64,000 bases of DNA from an uncultured Acidobacteriota bacterium (GCA_963711795.1 CAVQFD010000005.1:580271-644270), one strand, 5' to 3'. Shown: positions 38,236 through 47,808, counted from the stretch's first letter. Notes: generated by a model not told the origin, from the letters alone. Translations and numbers: made by a program.

Positions 38236-39588
38236 CTAGAGCAGTCGCCGCGCAGCGGCGACCGCTTCTTCGAGACTCGTGACAGTCCCGTCCAGCTGAA
38301 GCTCGTACACGGCTTTCGTGATTTCACCGACGCGAGGGCCCGGGCGCAGGCCGAGTTCCAGGACGTGGCGGCCGAGCAGGATGGGCGCCGGCGGGCGGCG
38401 GTCCACTCCGAGCGCCCGCGCGCGTTCCAGGAACCAGTCCATCGCGTCGCAGTTGAACACGCCGGGGGCGCGACCGAGACAATCGGACTTCGCCAGCCTC
38501 GCGAGCAGTTCGAGGTCAACCTTTTGCGCGAGGCGGCGGAACGCGCCGTCGCCCACCTCGGTCCTGGCCTTGAACCACATTCCAGGCTTCAGATGCTGCG
38601 CCGTCATGCCGAGCACCTGCGCGCGCACGTCGTAGCCATCGATCGACTGCACGTTCAGCCGATCGAGAAACACGGTTGCGGGGGCCACGCCCTGCTCCTC
38701 GTGATCGATCGACCGGATCCGACCTTCGGAGAACGCGGTGGTGGCAGGCTTGCCGAAGTCATGGCAGACCGCGCCCAGCATGACGGCGATCTGCTGCGGC
38801 CGCGGCAGATCGTCCACGCGCGTCCGCGCCTGATCCACGACCTGCAGCGTGTGCACCCAGACGTCTCCCTCGGGATGCCACTCGGGCTCCTGCGGACAGC
38901 CGGCGAGCGCCTGGAGCTCCGGGAAGAGTTTTTCCACGACGCCAAGCTCCATCGCGAGGGCCAGTCCGATCGACGGGCTCGGTGCGAACAGGAGCTTCAC
39001 CATCTCACCCCAGATCCGCTCGGCTGGAAGATCGTCGAGCGGGATGGCGCGGCAAAGCTCGGCTGACGCAGGTTCGAGTGTGAGGCCAAATCGCGCCGCG
39101 AACTGCACCGCACGCAGCACCCGCAAACTGTCGTCGCCGAATGTGCGGACATCCACAACGCGCAGCACGCGGGCATCGAGATCGCGGCGGCCGTCGAATG
39201 GGTCGAGATACTCACCGGTCAGCGGATCCCACGAGATGGCGTTGACGGTGAAGTCCCGCCGACGCGCGGCATCTTCGACGCTCATCGAAGGGTCGCCCGT
39301 GACGAGAAAGCCCTTGTGACCGCGGCCGGACTTCGACTCGCGCCGCGGCAACGCGACGTCGAGCCCGCCCACCTTGAACACCTGAAAGCTTTCACCGACG
39401 GCTTCGACACGGCCAATCTCTTCGAGCAGGCGCCGCAGGCGATCGGCGGTGATGCCGAACACCTCGATGTCGATGTCCTTGGACTCTCGCTGCAGGAGCC
39501 GGTCGCGCACCCATCCGCCGACAACGAGCGCGCGCCCGCCTTCGGCGTGGACACGCTCGGCAATGTGCGTCGCGACGTCCAGGCTCAT
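38236..39588 (-). CDS. cca: CCA-adding tRNA nucleotidyltransferase with an HD domain
   Basis: 'ALVVGGWVRDRLL', 'DIDIEV' and 'RRDFTVNAI' (polymerase beta-type head), plus the HD region 'AVCHDFGKP'. ATG 39588 (MSLDVATHI) overlaps the upstream SDR stop (ATGA). The track ORF start at 39888 is spurious. Confidence 0.85.
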   Translation of the reverse strand: MSLDVATHIAERVHAEGGRALVVGGWVRDRLLQRESKDIDIEVFGITADRLRRLLEEIGRVEAVGESFQVFKVGGLDVALPRRESKSGRGHKGFLVTGDPSMSVEDAARRRDFTVNAISWDPLTGEYLDPFDGRRDLDARVLRVVDVRTFGDDSLRVLRAVQFAARFGLTLEPASAELCRAIPLDDLPAERIWGEMVKLLFAPSPSIGLALAMELGVVEKLFPELQALAGCPQEPEWHPEGDVWVHTLQVVDQARTRVDDLPRPQQIAVMLGAVCHDFGKPATTAFSEGRIRSIDHEEQGVAPATVFLDRLNVQSIDGYDVRAQVLGMTAQHLKPGMWFKARTEVGDGAFRRLAQKVDLELLARLAKSDCLGRAPGVFNCDAMDWFLERARALGVDRRPPAPILLGRHVLELGLRPGPRVGEITKAVYELQLDGTVTSLEEAVAAARRLL

Positions 39589-40373
39589 TGCGGGGCCTGA
39601 ATCGGCTTGCGGCCCCACTTCTGGACCACGGTGTCGGCAAGTCCCGGCGCGATCGCCGAGATCACAGCGAGCCACTTGGCTTTCTTGTACGGATATACCT
39701 CGGGCGTTGGACGCTCGATGGCGCGATGGATGGCCTCGGCGACGTCCTCGGGCTTCTGACGCGGGCCGGATGCGCGCGTGGCGAAACCAGATTCGGCCGT
39801 CATCACCTCGAAGAACTCGGTTTCGGTCGAGATGGGATAGACGATCGTCACGTGGATGCCGGACCCGCGAAGCTCCGCGCGCAGGCACTCGGCCAGACCA
39901 ACCTGCGCGAACTTTGTGGCGGAGTAGGCCCCCATGTAGGGCACGCCTCGGCGGCCGACGATCGAGGAGACGACGATGATGTGGCCGGTGCCCTGGCGCC
40001 TGAAGACGGGCAGCGCCGCGCTGATCGCGTTCCAGGTCCCCATGTAGTTGACGTCGTGGACCCGCCGCATGCCCTCGGAGGGGATTTGATCGATGGCGCC
40101 GTACAGGCCATACCCGGCGTTGCAGACCAGGACGTCGAGGCGGCCGAAGCGCTCGAGGGTCCGCGCGACCAGCGACTGCATGTCCGTCTCGCGCGTGACG
40201 TCCGCGGAAATGGGCAATGCCTGGCCGCCGGCGTCGCGCACTTGACCAGCAACCGTCTCCAGGCGGTCCATGCGACGGGCGGAGAGGACAACAGCCGCGC
40301 CACTTCGCGCAAAGCGCAGCGCCGTTGCCCGCCCGATGCCCGACGAAGCGCCGGTGATCGCGATGATCCGCAT
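39585..40373 (-). CDS. Short-chain dehydrogenase/reductase (SDR) family oxidoreductase
   Basis: 'IAITGASSGIGRATA' (TGxxxGxG), 'NAG' and 'YSATKFAQ' (YxxxK). The start is taken at ATG 40373 (MRIIAITG). Confidence 0.85.
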   Translation of the reverse strand: MRIIAITGASSGIGRATALRFARSGAAVVLSARRMDRLETVAGQVRDAGGQALPISADVTRETDMQSLVARTLERFGRLDVLVCNAGYGLYGAIDQIPSEGMRRVHDVNYMGTWNAISAALPVFRRQGTGHIIVVSSIVGRRGVPYMGAYSATKFAQVGLAECLRAELRGSGIHVTIVYPISTETEFFEVMTAESGFATRASGPRQKPEDVAEAIHRAIERPTPEVYPYKKAKWLAVISAIAPGLADTVVQKWGRKPIQAPQ

Positions 40374-40407
40374 CCCCGCAGGATACCCCACGAGGATCTC
40401 GGGCTCG

Positions 40408-40659
40408 TCAGGCCGCCCGGCGCGTGTCGACCAGCCGCGGCCTGGTCAGCCGATGCCGGTGGCGATCGCCACCCGCAGTGACGACTGGCTGTTTCCCGGA
40501 AACCTCCCAGCCTGGCGACTCGTGTCCGCACGAGATGCACACCAGCGACATGCGATTCTTCTCGAAGTGGAACACCTCTTCGTGACCGCTCAGCGAGCAG
40601 GTCAGTTGATGAATCCAGGTACCCATCGTGCCCGTCCTTTCTCTGACCTCAACCTCCAT
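40408..40659 (-). CDS. Small hypothetical Cys/His-containing protein
   Basis: ORF '...MGTWIHQLTCSLSGHEEVFHFEKNRMSLVCISCGHESPGW...', upstream of and co-oriented with the SDR-cca pair. It has possible zinc-ribbon spacing (C..GH ... CxxCGH). Support for it being coding is weak. Confidence 0.3.
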   Translation of the reverse strand: MEVEVRERTGTMGTWIHQLTCSLSGHEEVFHFEKNRMSLVCISCGHESPGWEVSGKQPVVTAGGDRHRHRLTRPRLVDTRRAA

Positions 40660-40744
40660 CCCGGGGGACTGCTTGTAGAGACGCCGGACGAGCCGGCGGG
40701 GTTCAGTGGCTGCAAAATATAGATGGTAAATAACTTACGGTTGA

Positions 40745-40852
40745 CACGAAGACGCGAAGACACGAAGGGCCCACGAAACCGGGCCGAAGACGCGGCTCAT
40801 GGCTCACGCCTTATGGCTTAAGGGTCTTCTTCGTGCTTTCGTGTTTTCGTGG
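40745..40852. repeat. Inverted pair of CACGAAG-type heptamer arrays (hairpin arms about 55 nt apart) just after a stop codon
   Basis: The left arm is 'cacgaagacgcgaagacacgaag'. The right arm is 'cttcgtgctttcgtgttttcgtg' (reverse complement 'cacgaaaacacgaaagcacgaag'). The right arm ends 5 nt from the proline dehydrogenase stop (40858-40860). Confidence 0.65.
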
Positions 40853-40857
40853 CGGGT

Positions 40858-41788
40858 TCAGCGCTCGCTGAGGATTCCGCGGAGGACGAACGCGACGTTG
40901 GCGGGGCGCTCGCCCAGGCGGCGCATGAAGTAGGGGAACCACTGGCGCCCGAAGGGAATGTAAATGCGCACGCGATAGCCGTCCTTGACGAGCGCCTGCT
41001 GAAGGTCGCGGCGAATCCCGTAGAGCATCTGGAACTCGAAGCGGTCCTTCCCGATGTCGAGCCGCGTTGCAAGCTGCTGCGCGGCCGAGAGGATGTCGGG
41101 GTCGTGTGTCGCGATCGCGGGATAGTGCCCTTCGCGCAGCAGCACCTCCATCATCCGGAGATACGCCGCATCCACATCGTCCTTGTTCGCGTACGCGATG
41201 GTCTTGCTCTCTTTGTACGCGCCCTTGACCAGGCGCACGCGCGCACCCAGGGCATTCACACGGCGCAAGTCTTCTTCGCTCCGGCGGAGATCCGCCTGCA
41301 GCACGACGCCCATCTGGTGATAGCCCTGATGCCAGAGCGTCTGGAAGATGTCGAGCGTCATCTCCGTGTAGGCCGAGCTTTCCATGTCGATCCGGACGAA
41401 GAAGTTCTCGGCACGCTCGAAGATGCGGCGGAGGTGATCGACGGCCGTGGCACGGTCGACATCCAGCCCGAGCTGCGTGAGCTTGATCGACAGGTTGCGC
41501 TCGACGCCCGCGGCGGCGATCGCCCCGGCCACCTTGATGTATTCGCTGGTCGCCTGCTCGGCCTCGGCCAGGCTCCGTGACGCTCTCGCCCAGGTAATCG
41601 AGCGTCACCAGGCAGCCGCGGGCTTCGACCGCACGCGCGGCTTCGATCGCCTCGGCGACGGTCTCGCCCGCAATGAAGCGGCGCGGAAAGCTCCTCGAGC
41701 TTCGCATGCCGTAGCGCGAGGACAGTGTCTTGAGGATTCGGCTCTTGGCGAGGAGGTGGAAGAATGTTTTCGAAGCGTTGTCGAGCAT
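40858..41788 (-). CDS. Proline dehydrogenase (one frameshift as assembled)
   Basis: ORF 40858..41532 has '...IKLTQLGLDV...FVRIDMESS...GVVLQADLRRS...VRLVKGAY...ATHD...FEFQMLYGIR...RVRIYIPFG..W..YFMRRLGERPAN'. The N-terminus 'MLDNASKTFF...FIAGETVAEAIEAARAVEARGCLVTLDYLGESVT' lies in the frame of ORF 40811..42919 and joins near 41568-41573. The start is ATG 41788. Confidence 0.8.
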
Positions 41789-41793
41789 CCGCC

Positions 41794-42919
41794 CTAGTGC
41801 GTGCGTCCGGGCGTGGCGAGCAGATGCTCGATCGTGCGCGCGTAGTACCTTCAGCACGGTGCGCTCCCGCACGCGGAAGCGTCCGCGCTCGTGCACGATG
41901 ATGCCGCGCGTTTCGAGAGGCTCAGCGGCCTCATCCACGGCTTCCTTCCCGCTCGAGACGCCAAGGTTGGCGTGCCTGGCTGCCAGTTCTTCGATGATCG
42001 CGTCGATCCGTTGCTCCAGGTCCCGCCGGGCGATCGACGGCCGCATCGCCGCGGCCATCACGGCCGTCGGCAGCACTTTGTACAGCGCGCCGATGCGTGC
42101 GCCGATCAGGCGCGTCAGCGCCAGCACGTCGCTCTTGGAGTGGGGGTCGTAATCGGTCGCCGGAATCGGCGCACCGAAGGTGACGAACGCGCGCGATCGA
42201 TAGCCGACCGCGTAGCGCACCATCTCGGCCAGCTCACGCGTGAAGGGCCGCTGCTGCTTCTTGATCTTCTGCCGCGACAGGATCCGGTCCTCGAGCACCA
42301 GGTCGTAGGCGATGCTCGTGGGCACGATGACCAGGTTCGGGCAGCCGGCGGTGAGCGCCGCGTGCATGAGGCCCGTCTTTGCCGGCTTGAGCTCGCCGCT
42401 GTAGCTCCGGCCGCCCTCCGGGTAGAAGAAGAGGTCGTGCTTCTTCATCATCTCCGCGACGTAGGCCTTCAGCGTGATGAGGTAAGCCGGATCCTTGGTG
42501 TTGCGCCGGATCGGAATCGCGCCCGTGACATACCGGTGAATGAGGCCGAGCGGACCGCCGAACAGGTTGATGCCTGCCGCGATGAGCGGCGGCCTGATGC
42601 CGTTGTCGTCGAGGACCAGCGGTTCGACGAGGTAGTCGGTGTGGCTCTTGTGGTTCGAGGCGTAGACCACGCGGTGCGACCTGGTCGCGGCCACGACGTG
42701 GTGCAGGTGCTCGTGCTTGCGCTCGATCTTGCGCAGAATCGGATAAAGGGGATGCTGCAGGGCACGGTACAGCTGGTGCCGCTGCGTGGTGCGCATCTCG
42801 TCGAGGTACCCCTCGACGCGCTCCCGCGCACCTTCACCCCGCTCGCCCGCGCTGAGAAATTTGATGACCTCCTCGCGGGCCAGGACGGCCTGGGCGACGT
42901 CATCGAGCATGGGACGCAC
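41794..42919 (-). CDS. PlsB/GPAT-like glycerol-3-phosphate (lysophospholipid) acyltransferase (one frameshift near the 3' end)
   Basis: 'YASNHKSHTDYLV' (HX4D), 'FFYPEGGRSYSGEL' and 'IVPTSIAYD'. The restored tail 'ERTVLKYYARTIEHLLATPGRTH*' has its stop at TAG 41796..41794, after removing one base near 41848. The next gene starts 5 nt later. Confidence 0.75.
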
Positions 42920-42928
42920 AGGACTATA

Positions 42929-43957
42929 TCACGCGATCTCGCGGCACACGGCGTCCGCGAACTCGAAAGTGGAGGCCGTCCCCCCCAGGTCCCGCGTCCT
43001 GGCCGACCCCTTTGTCAGCACCCGGCCGAGCGCGGCCATGATGCCCTCGGCCGCCGGGCCCTCGCCGATGTGCCGCAGCATCATCACCGCCGAGAGCAGC
43101 AGCGCCGTGGGGTTCGCGAAGTTCTTGCCGGCGATGTCAGGGGCGCTGCCGTGCACCGCCTCGAACACGCCGAGCTCCGTCCCCAGGTTCGCGGCGCCGA
43201 CAACCCCCAGGCCTCCGACCAGGCCCGCGCAGAGATCCGACACGATGTCGCCGTACAGGTTCGGCATCACGAGGACGTCGAACTGGCCCGGGTTCATCAC
43301 CAGGTGCATGCACGCGGCATCGACGATCTTTTCGTCGTACTTGATGTCGGGATACTTCCGGGACACCGTGCGGACGCACTCGAGAAACAGGCCGTCGCTC
43401 TGCTTCATGATGTTCGCCTTGTGGATTGCCGTGACCTTCTTGCGGCCATGGCGTCGCGCGTGGACGAACGCGAACTCGGCGATGCGCGACGAAGCGCGCT
43501 CGGTGATGATCTTGAGGCTCTCCACGACGCCGGGCACGACCTCGTGCTCCAGGCCCGCATAGAGATCCTCGGTGTTCTCGCGCACGATCACGAGGTCGAT
43601 GTCGGAGTATTTCGACGGCACCCCCGGCAGATTCCACACGGGGCGGAGGTTCGCGTAGAGATCCAGCGCCTTCCGCAGGCCCACGTTGACGCTCGTGAAC
43701 CCCTCGGCAATCGGCGTCGTCACAGGGCCCTTGAGCGCGACCTTGGTTCGCTTGATCGATTCGATGAGCTCGACCGGAAGCGCCTTGCCGGTGCGTTCGA
43801 ACGCCAGCACGCCCGCCAGATGGCGATCCCACTCAATCGAGACCCCGCTGGCCGCCAGGATCCGCAGGACCGCTTCGGTGACCTCGGGGCCGATGCCGTC
43901 GCCGGGAATGAGCGTGATCGTGTGGGTGACGGTCTGGGGCGTCCGGGGCTCGGGCAT
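42929..43957 (-). CDS. NAD-dependent isocitrate dehydrogenase (isocitrate/isopropylmalate dehydrogenase family)
   Basis: 'ITLIPGDGIGPEV', 'VIVRENTEDLYAG', 'NLYGDIVSDLCAGLVGGLG' and 'EAVHGSAPDIAGKNFANPTALLLSAVMML', with an IDH3-like length. The start is taken at ATG 43957 (MPEPRT). Confidence 0.75.
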   Translation of the reverse strand: MPEPRTPQTVTHTITLIPGDGIGPEVTEAVLRILAASGVSIEWDRHLAGVLAFERTGKALPVELIESIKRTKVALKGPVTTPIAEGFTSVNVGLRKALDLYANLRPVWNLPGVPSKYSDIDLVIVRENTEDLYAGLEHEVVPGVVESLKIITERASSRIAEFAFVHARRHGRKKVTAIHKANIMKQSDGLFLECVRTVSRKYPDIKYDEKIVDAACMHLVMNPGQFDVLVMPNLYGDIVSDLCAGLVGGLGVVGAANLGTELGVFEAVHGSAPDIAGKNFANPTALLLSAVMMLRHIGEGPAAEGIMAALGRVLTKGSARTRDLGGTASTFEFADAVCREIA

Positions 43958-43979
43958 CAGGTCATTATAATTCTCGCGC

Positions 43980-44921
43980 GTGGACAGCGCCGAACCCCGT
44001 TCTCCCGAGGAATTCGCAGACATTCTGGACAAGATCGCCGGTCAGGTGCTGGCGGCGATGGCCCGGGAGGAGCCGCTGTCGCCGGCGATGGTCCTCGTCC
44101 TCATCAGAAGTTACGTGACGACCGGGCGCGAAGAGGTGGCCGCGGGCCTTTCGGCGGCCCTCACGGTGGCCCTCGAGCACCGGCCGTCCGAAACACTGTC
44201 CGACGACCGCCCGGCGTGGCTGCTCGCATTCCTGGAGGCCGCCAACGTGTCCGACGATGAACGGGTGAGCGAGGAAGCCGCGGCGCTGACCGCGGCGCTC
44301 CGGTCCGAGTGGCCCGTGCGGAGTCCCTCGCCGCAAGCCATGCGAGGCCTGGCCTCGTGCCTCACCGCCGTCGTCTTGGCCCGGCGGGTTCCAGAGGACC
44401 CGCCCGGTGATGACGGCCTGCTGCAGGCCGCGATCGATGAGCTCGAACGGATCGTCGGCCGCGCGTACGAGCCCGGCGAGGGCCTTCTGCAGGCGCCGGG
44501 GCGTGATGTACCCGGCTCGCTCGAAGATCATGTGACGGCGGCCGCGGCGCTCCTTGCCGCGTACCGCGCGACCGCGCGCCTCCCGTACTCGATGCTGGCG
44601 GAGGAGCTGATGCGCGTCGCGCGCCGCCGCTGGTGGTCCGACGATGCAGGCCGTTTCGCCGACGCGAAGGAACGGGAGGGGATCGAGGACCATGAGCTCG
44701 TCGTGAACTGCGAGGCCGCGCGAGTGCTTGCGCAGATCTCGACCCTCCACGCCGACCCCGAATACCGTGAGGCCGTGGTCGTCGCCGAGAGCGCGCCAGG
44801 CGTGACGAACTTCGAGGACGCCGATCGGATTCTGGCGTGGCTCGTCCGCTCGTCTCCTGCCGATGGTCCCGCAAGGGCCGAGTACGCGATCGCGCTCGGA
44901 GAACGCCTGTCCTTACGGTAG
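43980..44921 (+). CDS. Hypothetical alpha-helical protein
   Basis: A 313-aa intact ORF rich in Ala/Leu/Glu, with helical-repeat-like sequence ('...LEDHVTAAAALLAAYRATARLPYSMLAEELM...VVNCEAARVLAQI...'). I recognised no catalytic motif. Confidence 0.45.
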   Translation: MDSAEPRSPEEFADILDKIAGQVLAAMAREEPLSPAMVLVLIRSYVTTGREEVAAGLSAALTVALEHRPSETLSDDRPAWLLAFLEAANVSDDERVSEEAAALTAALRSEWPVRSPSPQAMRGLASCLTAVVLARRVPEDPPGDDGLLQAAIDELERIVGRAYEPGEGLLQAPGRDVPGSLEDHVTAAAALLAAYRATARLPYSMLAEELMRVARRRWWSDDAGRFADAKEREGIEDHELVVNCEAARVLAQISTLHADPEYREAVVVAESAPGVTNFEDADRILAWLVRSSPADGPARAEYAIALGERLSLR

Positions 44922-44946
44922 AATTGCGAACTTCCCTGGAGGCCTT

Positions 44947-46842
44947 TTGGATCGATCAGTCCTTGTCCCCGCCCTGAAGAACGTCGCCACCCAGCTGAGG
45001 ATCGATTCCATTCGATCCACGTCAGAATCGGGCACGGGACATCCCTCCACCTGCATGTCGGCCGCCGATCTCGTGGCGGCGCTCTTTTTTGCCGAGATGC
45101 GCTTCGATCCCAGGGACCCGCAGCACCCGGGCAGCGACCGGTTCGTGCTGTCGAAGGGCCATGGAGCGCCGCTGCTCTACGCAGCGTGGGCCGAGGCCGG
45201 CGCGTTCGACCGATCGGAGTTGCTGAACGTGCGCGCGCTGACCTCGGACCTCGAGGGGCATCCAACGCCGCGCCTGCCGTTTGTGGACGTCGCCACCGGA
45301 TCGCTCGGCCAGGGCATCTGCGCCGCGGTCGGCTGCGCGCTGAACGCGCGTCGCATCAAGTCCGACTACCGCACCTACTGCCTGATTGGCGACGGCGAGT
45401 CAGCCGAAGGGTCGGTCTGGGAAGCGGCTGAGGTCGCGGCGAATGACGCCCTCGACAACCTCGTCGGTATCACCGACGTCAACGGCCTCGGCCAGAGCCG
45501 CGCGACGATGTGGGGGCACGACCTGGAGCAGTTCGCGCGCCGATGGCGTGCGTTTGGCTGGCATGCGGTGGTCGTCGACGGCCACGACATGTCCGCCATC
45601 CTCGACGCGTATGCCGAAGCGCGGTCCACGAAGGACCGCCCCACGATGATCGTGGCGGGAACCGTCAAGGGCAAGGGCGTGTCGTCGATCGAAGGCAAGG
45701 ACGGCTGGCACGGGAAGGCGTTCAAGAAGGGACCCGAGATGGACGCGGCCATCGCCGAGCTCGAGCGGCAGGTCGTGGCTGTCCCGTCGAGCGTAGACCT
45801 CGCGCGCAGCATTCCAAAGCCGGCATCACGCCCCTCGCCGCCTGCGGCACCCCGCGCCATGGCGGCGCCGTCGTACTCGGCAGGGGAGCAGGTCGCCACG
45901 CGCGAAGCCTATGGTGCGGCCATCGCGAAACTCGGTGAAGCGGACGCACGGGTGGTGGCCCTCGACGCCGACGTGAAGAACTCCACCTTCAGCGACAAGT
46001 TCGAGAAGGTGTTTCCGGATCGCTTCTACCAGAACTTCATCGCCGAGCAGGTGATGATCGGTTCTGCGATGGGGCTGGCGGCCCGCGGGGCGATCCCGTT
46101 CCCATCGACGTTTGCCGCCTTTCTCACACGCGCGGCTGACTTCATCCGGATGGCGGCCATCAGCGGCGTGAACATCAAGATGGCCGGTTCCCACGCGGGC
46201 GTCTCCATTGGTGAGGACGGCCCATCGCAGATGGCCCTCGAGGATCTGGCCATGTTCCGCGCGCAGCCGAACATCGCCGTGCTGTATCCATGCGACGCGG
46301 TGAGCGCAGAGCGGCTGGTCGTGGCGGCAGCGAACTTCAACGGCCCGGCCTACATCAGAACGAGCCGGCCGAAGACCCCGGTGATCTACGGTCCCGACGA
46401 GGTGTTTTCAGTCGGCGGGCTGAAGGTGCTGCGGGAGAGCGCCAACGACGTGGTCACGGTTGTGGGCGCCGGCGTGACGGTGTTCGAGGCGCTGAAGGCC
46501 TACGAGCAGCTGAAGGCCGCGGGCACGTTCATCCGCGTCATCGACCTCTACTCGGTCGCGCCCGTGGACGGCGCGGCTCTCATCAAGGCGGGGACGGCGA
46601 CGGGCGGGCAGATCATCACCGTCGAGGATCACTATCCGGCCGGCGGCATCGGCGACGCAGTGTCGGAGGCCGTTGGCGAGGCGGGCATTCGCGTGCTGCG
46701 CATTGCGGTTCGCGAGATCCCGAGGAGCGGCAAGCCAGAGGAGCTGCTCGACCGCTTCGGGATCTCGGCGAACCACATCGTCAATGCCGTGGCTGGCGTG
46801 GCGTCCCGCCGCGCGTCTCCCTCTCAGCCTGCAACTCCTTGA
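44947..46842 (+). CDS. tkt: Transketolase
   Basis: 'GHPSTCMSAADL', 'LSKGHGAPLLYA', 'GSLGQGI' and 'IGDGESAEGSVWEA' (ThDP/Mg site), plus 'FIAEQVMIGSAMGLA' and 'GEDGPSQMALEDLAMFRA'. TTG 44947 is the proposed start. The track ORF from 44863 overlaps the previous gene. Confidence 0.85.
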   Translation: MDRSVLVPALKNVATQLRIDSIRSTSESGTGHPSTCMSAADLVAALFFAEMRFDPRDPQHPGSDRFVLSKGHGAPLLYAAWAEAGAFDRSELLNVRALTSDLEGHPTPRLPFVDVATGSLGQGICAAVGCALNARRIKSDYRTYCLIGDGESAEGSVWEAAEVAANDALDNLVGITDVNGLGQSRATMWGHDLEQFARRWRAFGWHAVVVDGHDMSAILDAYAEARSTKDRPTMIVAGTVKGKGVSSIEGKDGWHGKAFKKGPEMDAAIAELERQVVAVPSSVDLARSIPKPASRPSPPAAPRAMAAPSYSAGEQVATREAYGAAIAKLGEADARVVALDADVKNSTFSDKFEKVFPDRFYQNFIAEQVMIGSAMGLAARGAIPFPSTFAAFLTRAADFIRMAAISGVNIKMAGSHAGVSIGEDGPSQMALEDLAMFRAQPNIAVLYPCDAVSAERLVVAAANFNGPAYIRTSRPKTPVIYGPDEVFSVGGLKVLRESANDVVTVVGAGVTVFEALKAYEQLKAAGTFIRVIDLYSVAPVDGAALIKAGTATGGQIITVEDHYPAGGIGDAVSEAVGEAGIRVLRIAVREIPRSGKPEELLDRFGISANHIVNAVAGVASRRASPSQPATP

Positions 46843-47290
46843 GCTTGGCCTTCTGCTCGGAGGTCAGGATCTGAAGGACGTCCGCGTGGACGCGTGCGCG
46901 TGCGACGGCCATGTCGGACTCGACGACGGCGAGGTCGGCAGCCCTCGCGCGGATGGCGCCCTCGTCAACCGTGTCGGCGGTTACGACTTTGTCGAGCGCT
47001 CGCCTCACGGTCATCGCCTTCTCGCCGAGCGTTCGCAGCTCGGTCTGGTGCGACTCCATGATGCTCTTCACCTGTTCGCGCTGGGCGTCGGTCAGGTCCA
47101 GGCGGTTGAGCGGGATGCCGATGGCTCCCATCGGACCTCCGGGCCCCCCAGGCCCGCCAGGACCACCGCGGCGCCCCGCAAACGGCGGCTGACCGCTACC
47201 CTGGCCTTGCGCCGACACCGCGGCCACTGCGCTCAGGCCGAGCACCACCGCCCCAATCCCCAACCCAATCCGTTTTGCCATTCTGCTCAT
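46781..47290 (-). CDS. Periplasmic Spy/CpxP-family (LTxxQ motif) protein
   Basis: The signal is 'MSRMAKRIGLGIGAVVLGLSAVAAVSAQG'. A Gly/Pro-rich linker 'GGPGGPGGPGGP' follows. The LTxxQ-type motifs are 'LDLTDAQREQV' and 'ILTSEQKAKL'. The start is ATG 47290. The longer track ORF runs into the repeat array. Confidence 0.7.
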   Translation of the reverse strand: MSRMAKRIGLGIGAVVLGLSAVAAVSAQGQGSGQPPFAGRRGGPGGPGGPGGPMGAIGIPLNRLDLTDAQREQVKSIMESHQTELRTLGEKAMTVRRALDKVVTADTVDEGAIRARAADLAVVESDMAVARARVHADVLQILTSEQKAKLKELQAERETRGGTPRQPRH

Positions 47291-47307
47291 GCCGTGTCTC
47301 CTTTTTT

Positions 47308-47808
47308 CACTGGCGGCGGGGCCCCACCCCCGCCGCGAACTGACGCCGACGCGCTCGCCTCGGATTCGCTCGTCCTCGGCTCGGCGTGGCCGCAGGCGCT
47401 TTTTCATCCACTGGCGGCGGGGCCCCACCCCCGCCGCGAACTGACGCCGACGCGCTCGCCTCGGAGTCGCTCGTCCTCGGCTCGGCGTGGCCGCAGGCGC
47501 TTTTTCATCCACTGGCGGCGGGGCCCCACCCCCGCCGCGAACTGACGCCGACGCCTCGCCTCGGATTCGCTCGTCCTCGGCTCGGCGTGGCCGCAGGCGC
47601 TTTTTTCATCCACTGGCGGCGGGGCCCCACCCCCGCCGCGAACTGACGCCGACGCACTCGCCTCGGATTTGCTCGTCCTCGGCTCGGCGTGGCCGCAGGC
47701 GCTTTTTTCATCCACTGGCGGCGGGATCCCACCCCCGCCGCGAACTGACGCCGACGCACTCGCCTCGGATTTGCTCGTCCTCGGCTCGGCGTGGCCGCAG
47801 GCGCTTTC
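47308..47808. repeat. Tandem array, 5 copies of a 101-bp (101/101/101/102) unit with a 9-bp GC-stem hairpin
   Basis: The unit begins 'cactggcggcggggccccacccccgccgcgaactgacgccgacgc...ggctcggcgtggccgcaggcgcttttt(t)catc'. Copies start at 47308, 47409, 47510, 47611 and 47713. Copies 1-2 and copies 4-5 share private variants ('gcgctcgcctcgga(t/g)tcgc' versus 'gcactcgcctcggatttgc'). Confidence 0.95.

Noticed and set aside
40811-42919. The 702-aa track ORF looks like a PlsB-acyltransferase / proline-dehydrogenase fusion protein
   Set aside because: Motif tracing shows two genes. The acyltransferase ends '...VLKYYARTIEHLLATPGRTH*' at TAG 41796..41794 after correcting one base near 41848. Proline dehydrogenase starts at ATG 41788. 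The long ORF exists only because of two indels plus high-GC openness, and its C-terminal 230 aa are Arg/Pro/Ala-rich nonsense.
41891-44260. A 789-aa plus-strand ORF, and other long antisense ORFs (61601..63343, 11325..12356, 18349..19683, 20099..21025, 23003..24145, 23958..25133, 13176..14126, 36220..37176, 56073..56906, 58210..59001, 59890..60930, 47505..48740)
   Set aside because: All lie opposite genes with clear motifs and are dominated by R/G/A/P/H/D codons. They carry no recognisable motifs and are typical shadow ORFs of ~2/3-GC DNA, where stop codons are rare on the antisense strand.
46781-47512. The long (243-aa) version of the Spy/CpxP-like ORF starting at 47512
   Set aside because: The first 74 codons lie in tandem repeat copies 1-3. 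The signal peptide begins at the internal ATG 47290, which is the sensible start.
47308-47808. Possible CRISPR array (regularly spaced palindromic GC-rich repeats)
   Set aside because: The whole 101-bp unit is repeated nearly identically. There are no unique spacers between the hairpins, the period is far longer than repeat plus spacer with conserved 'spacers', and no cas genes are present. It is a tandem repeat.
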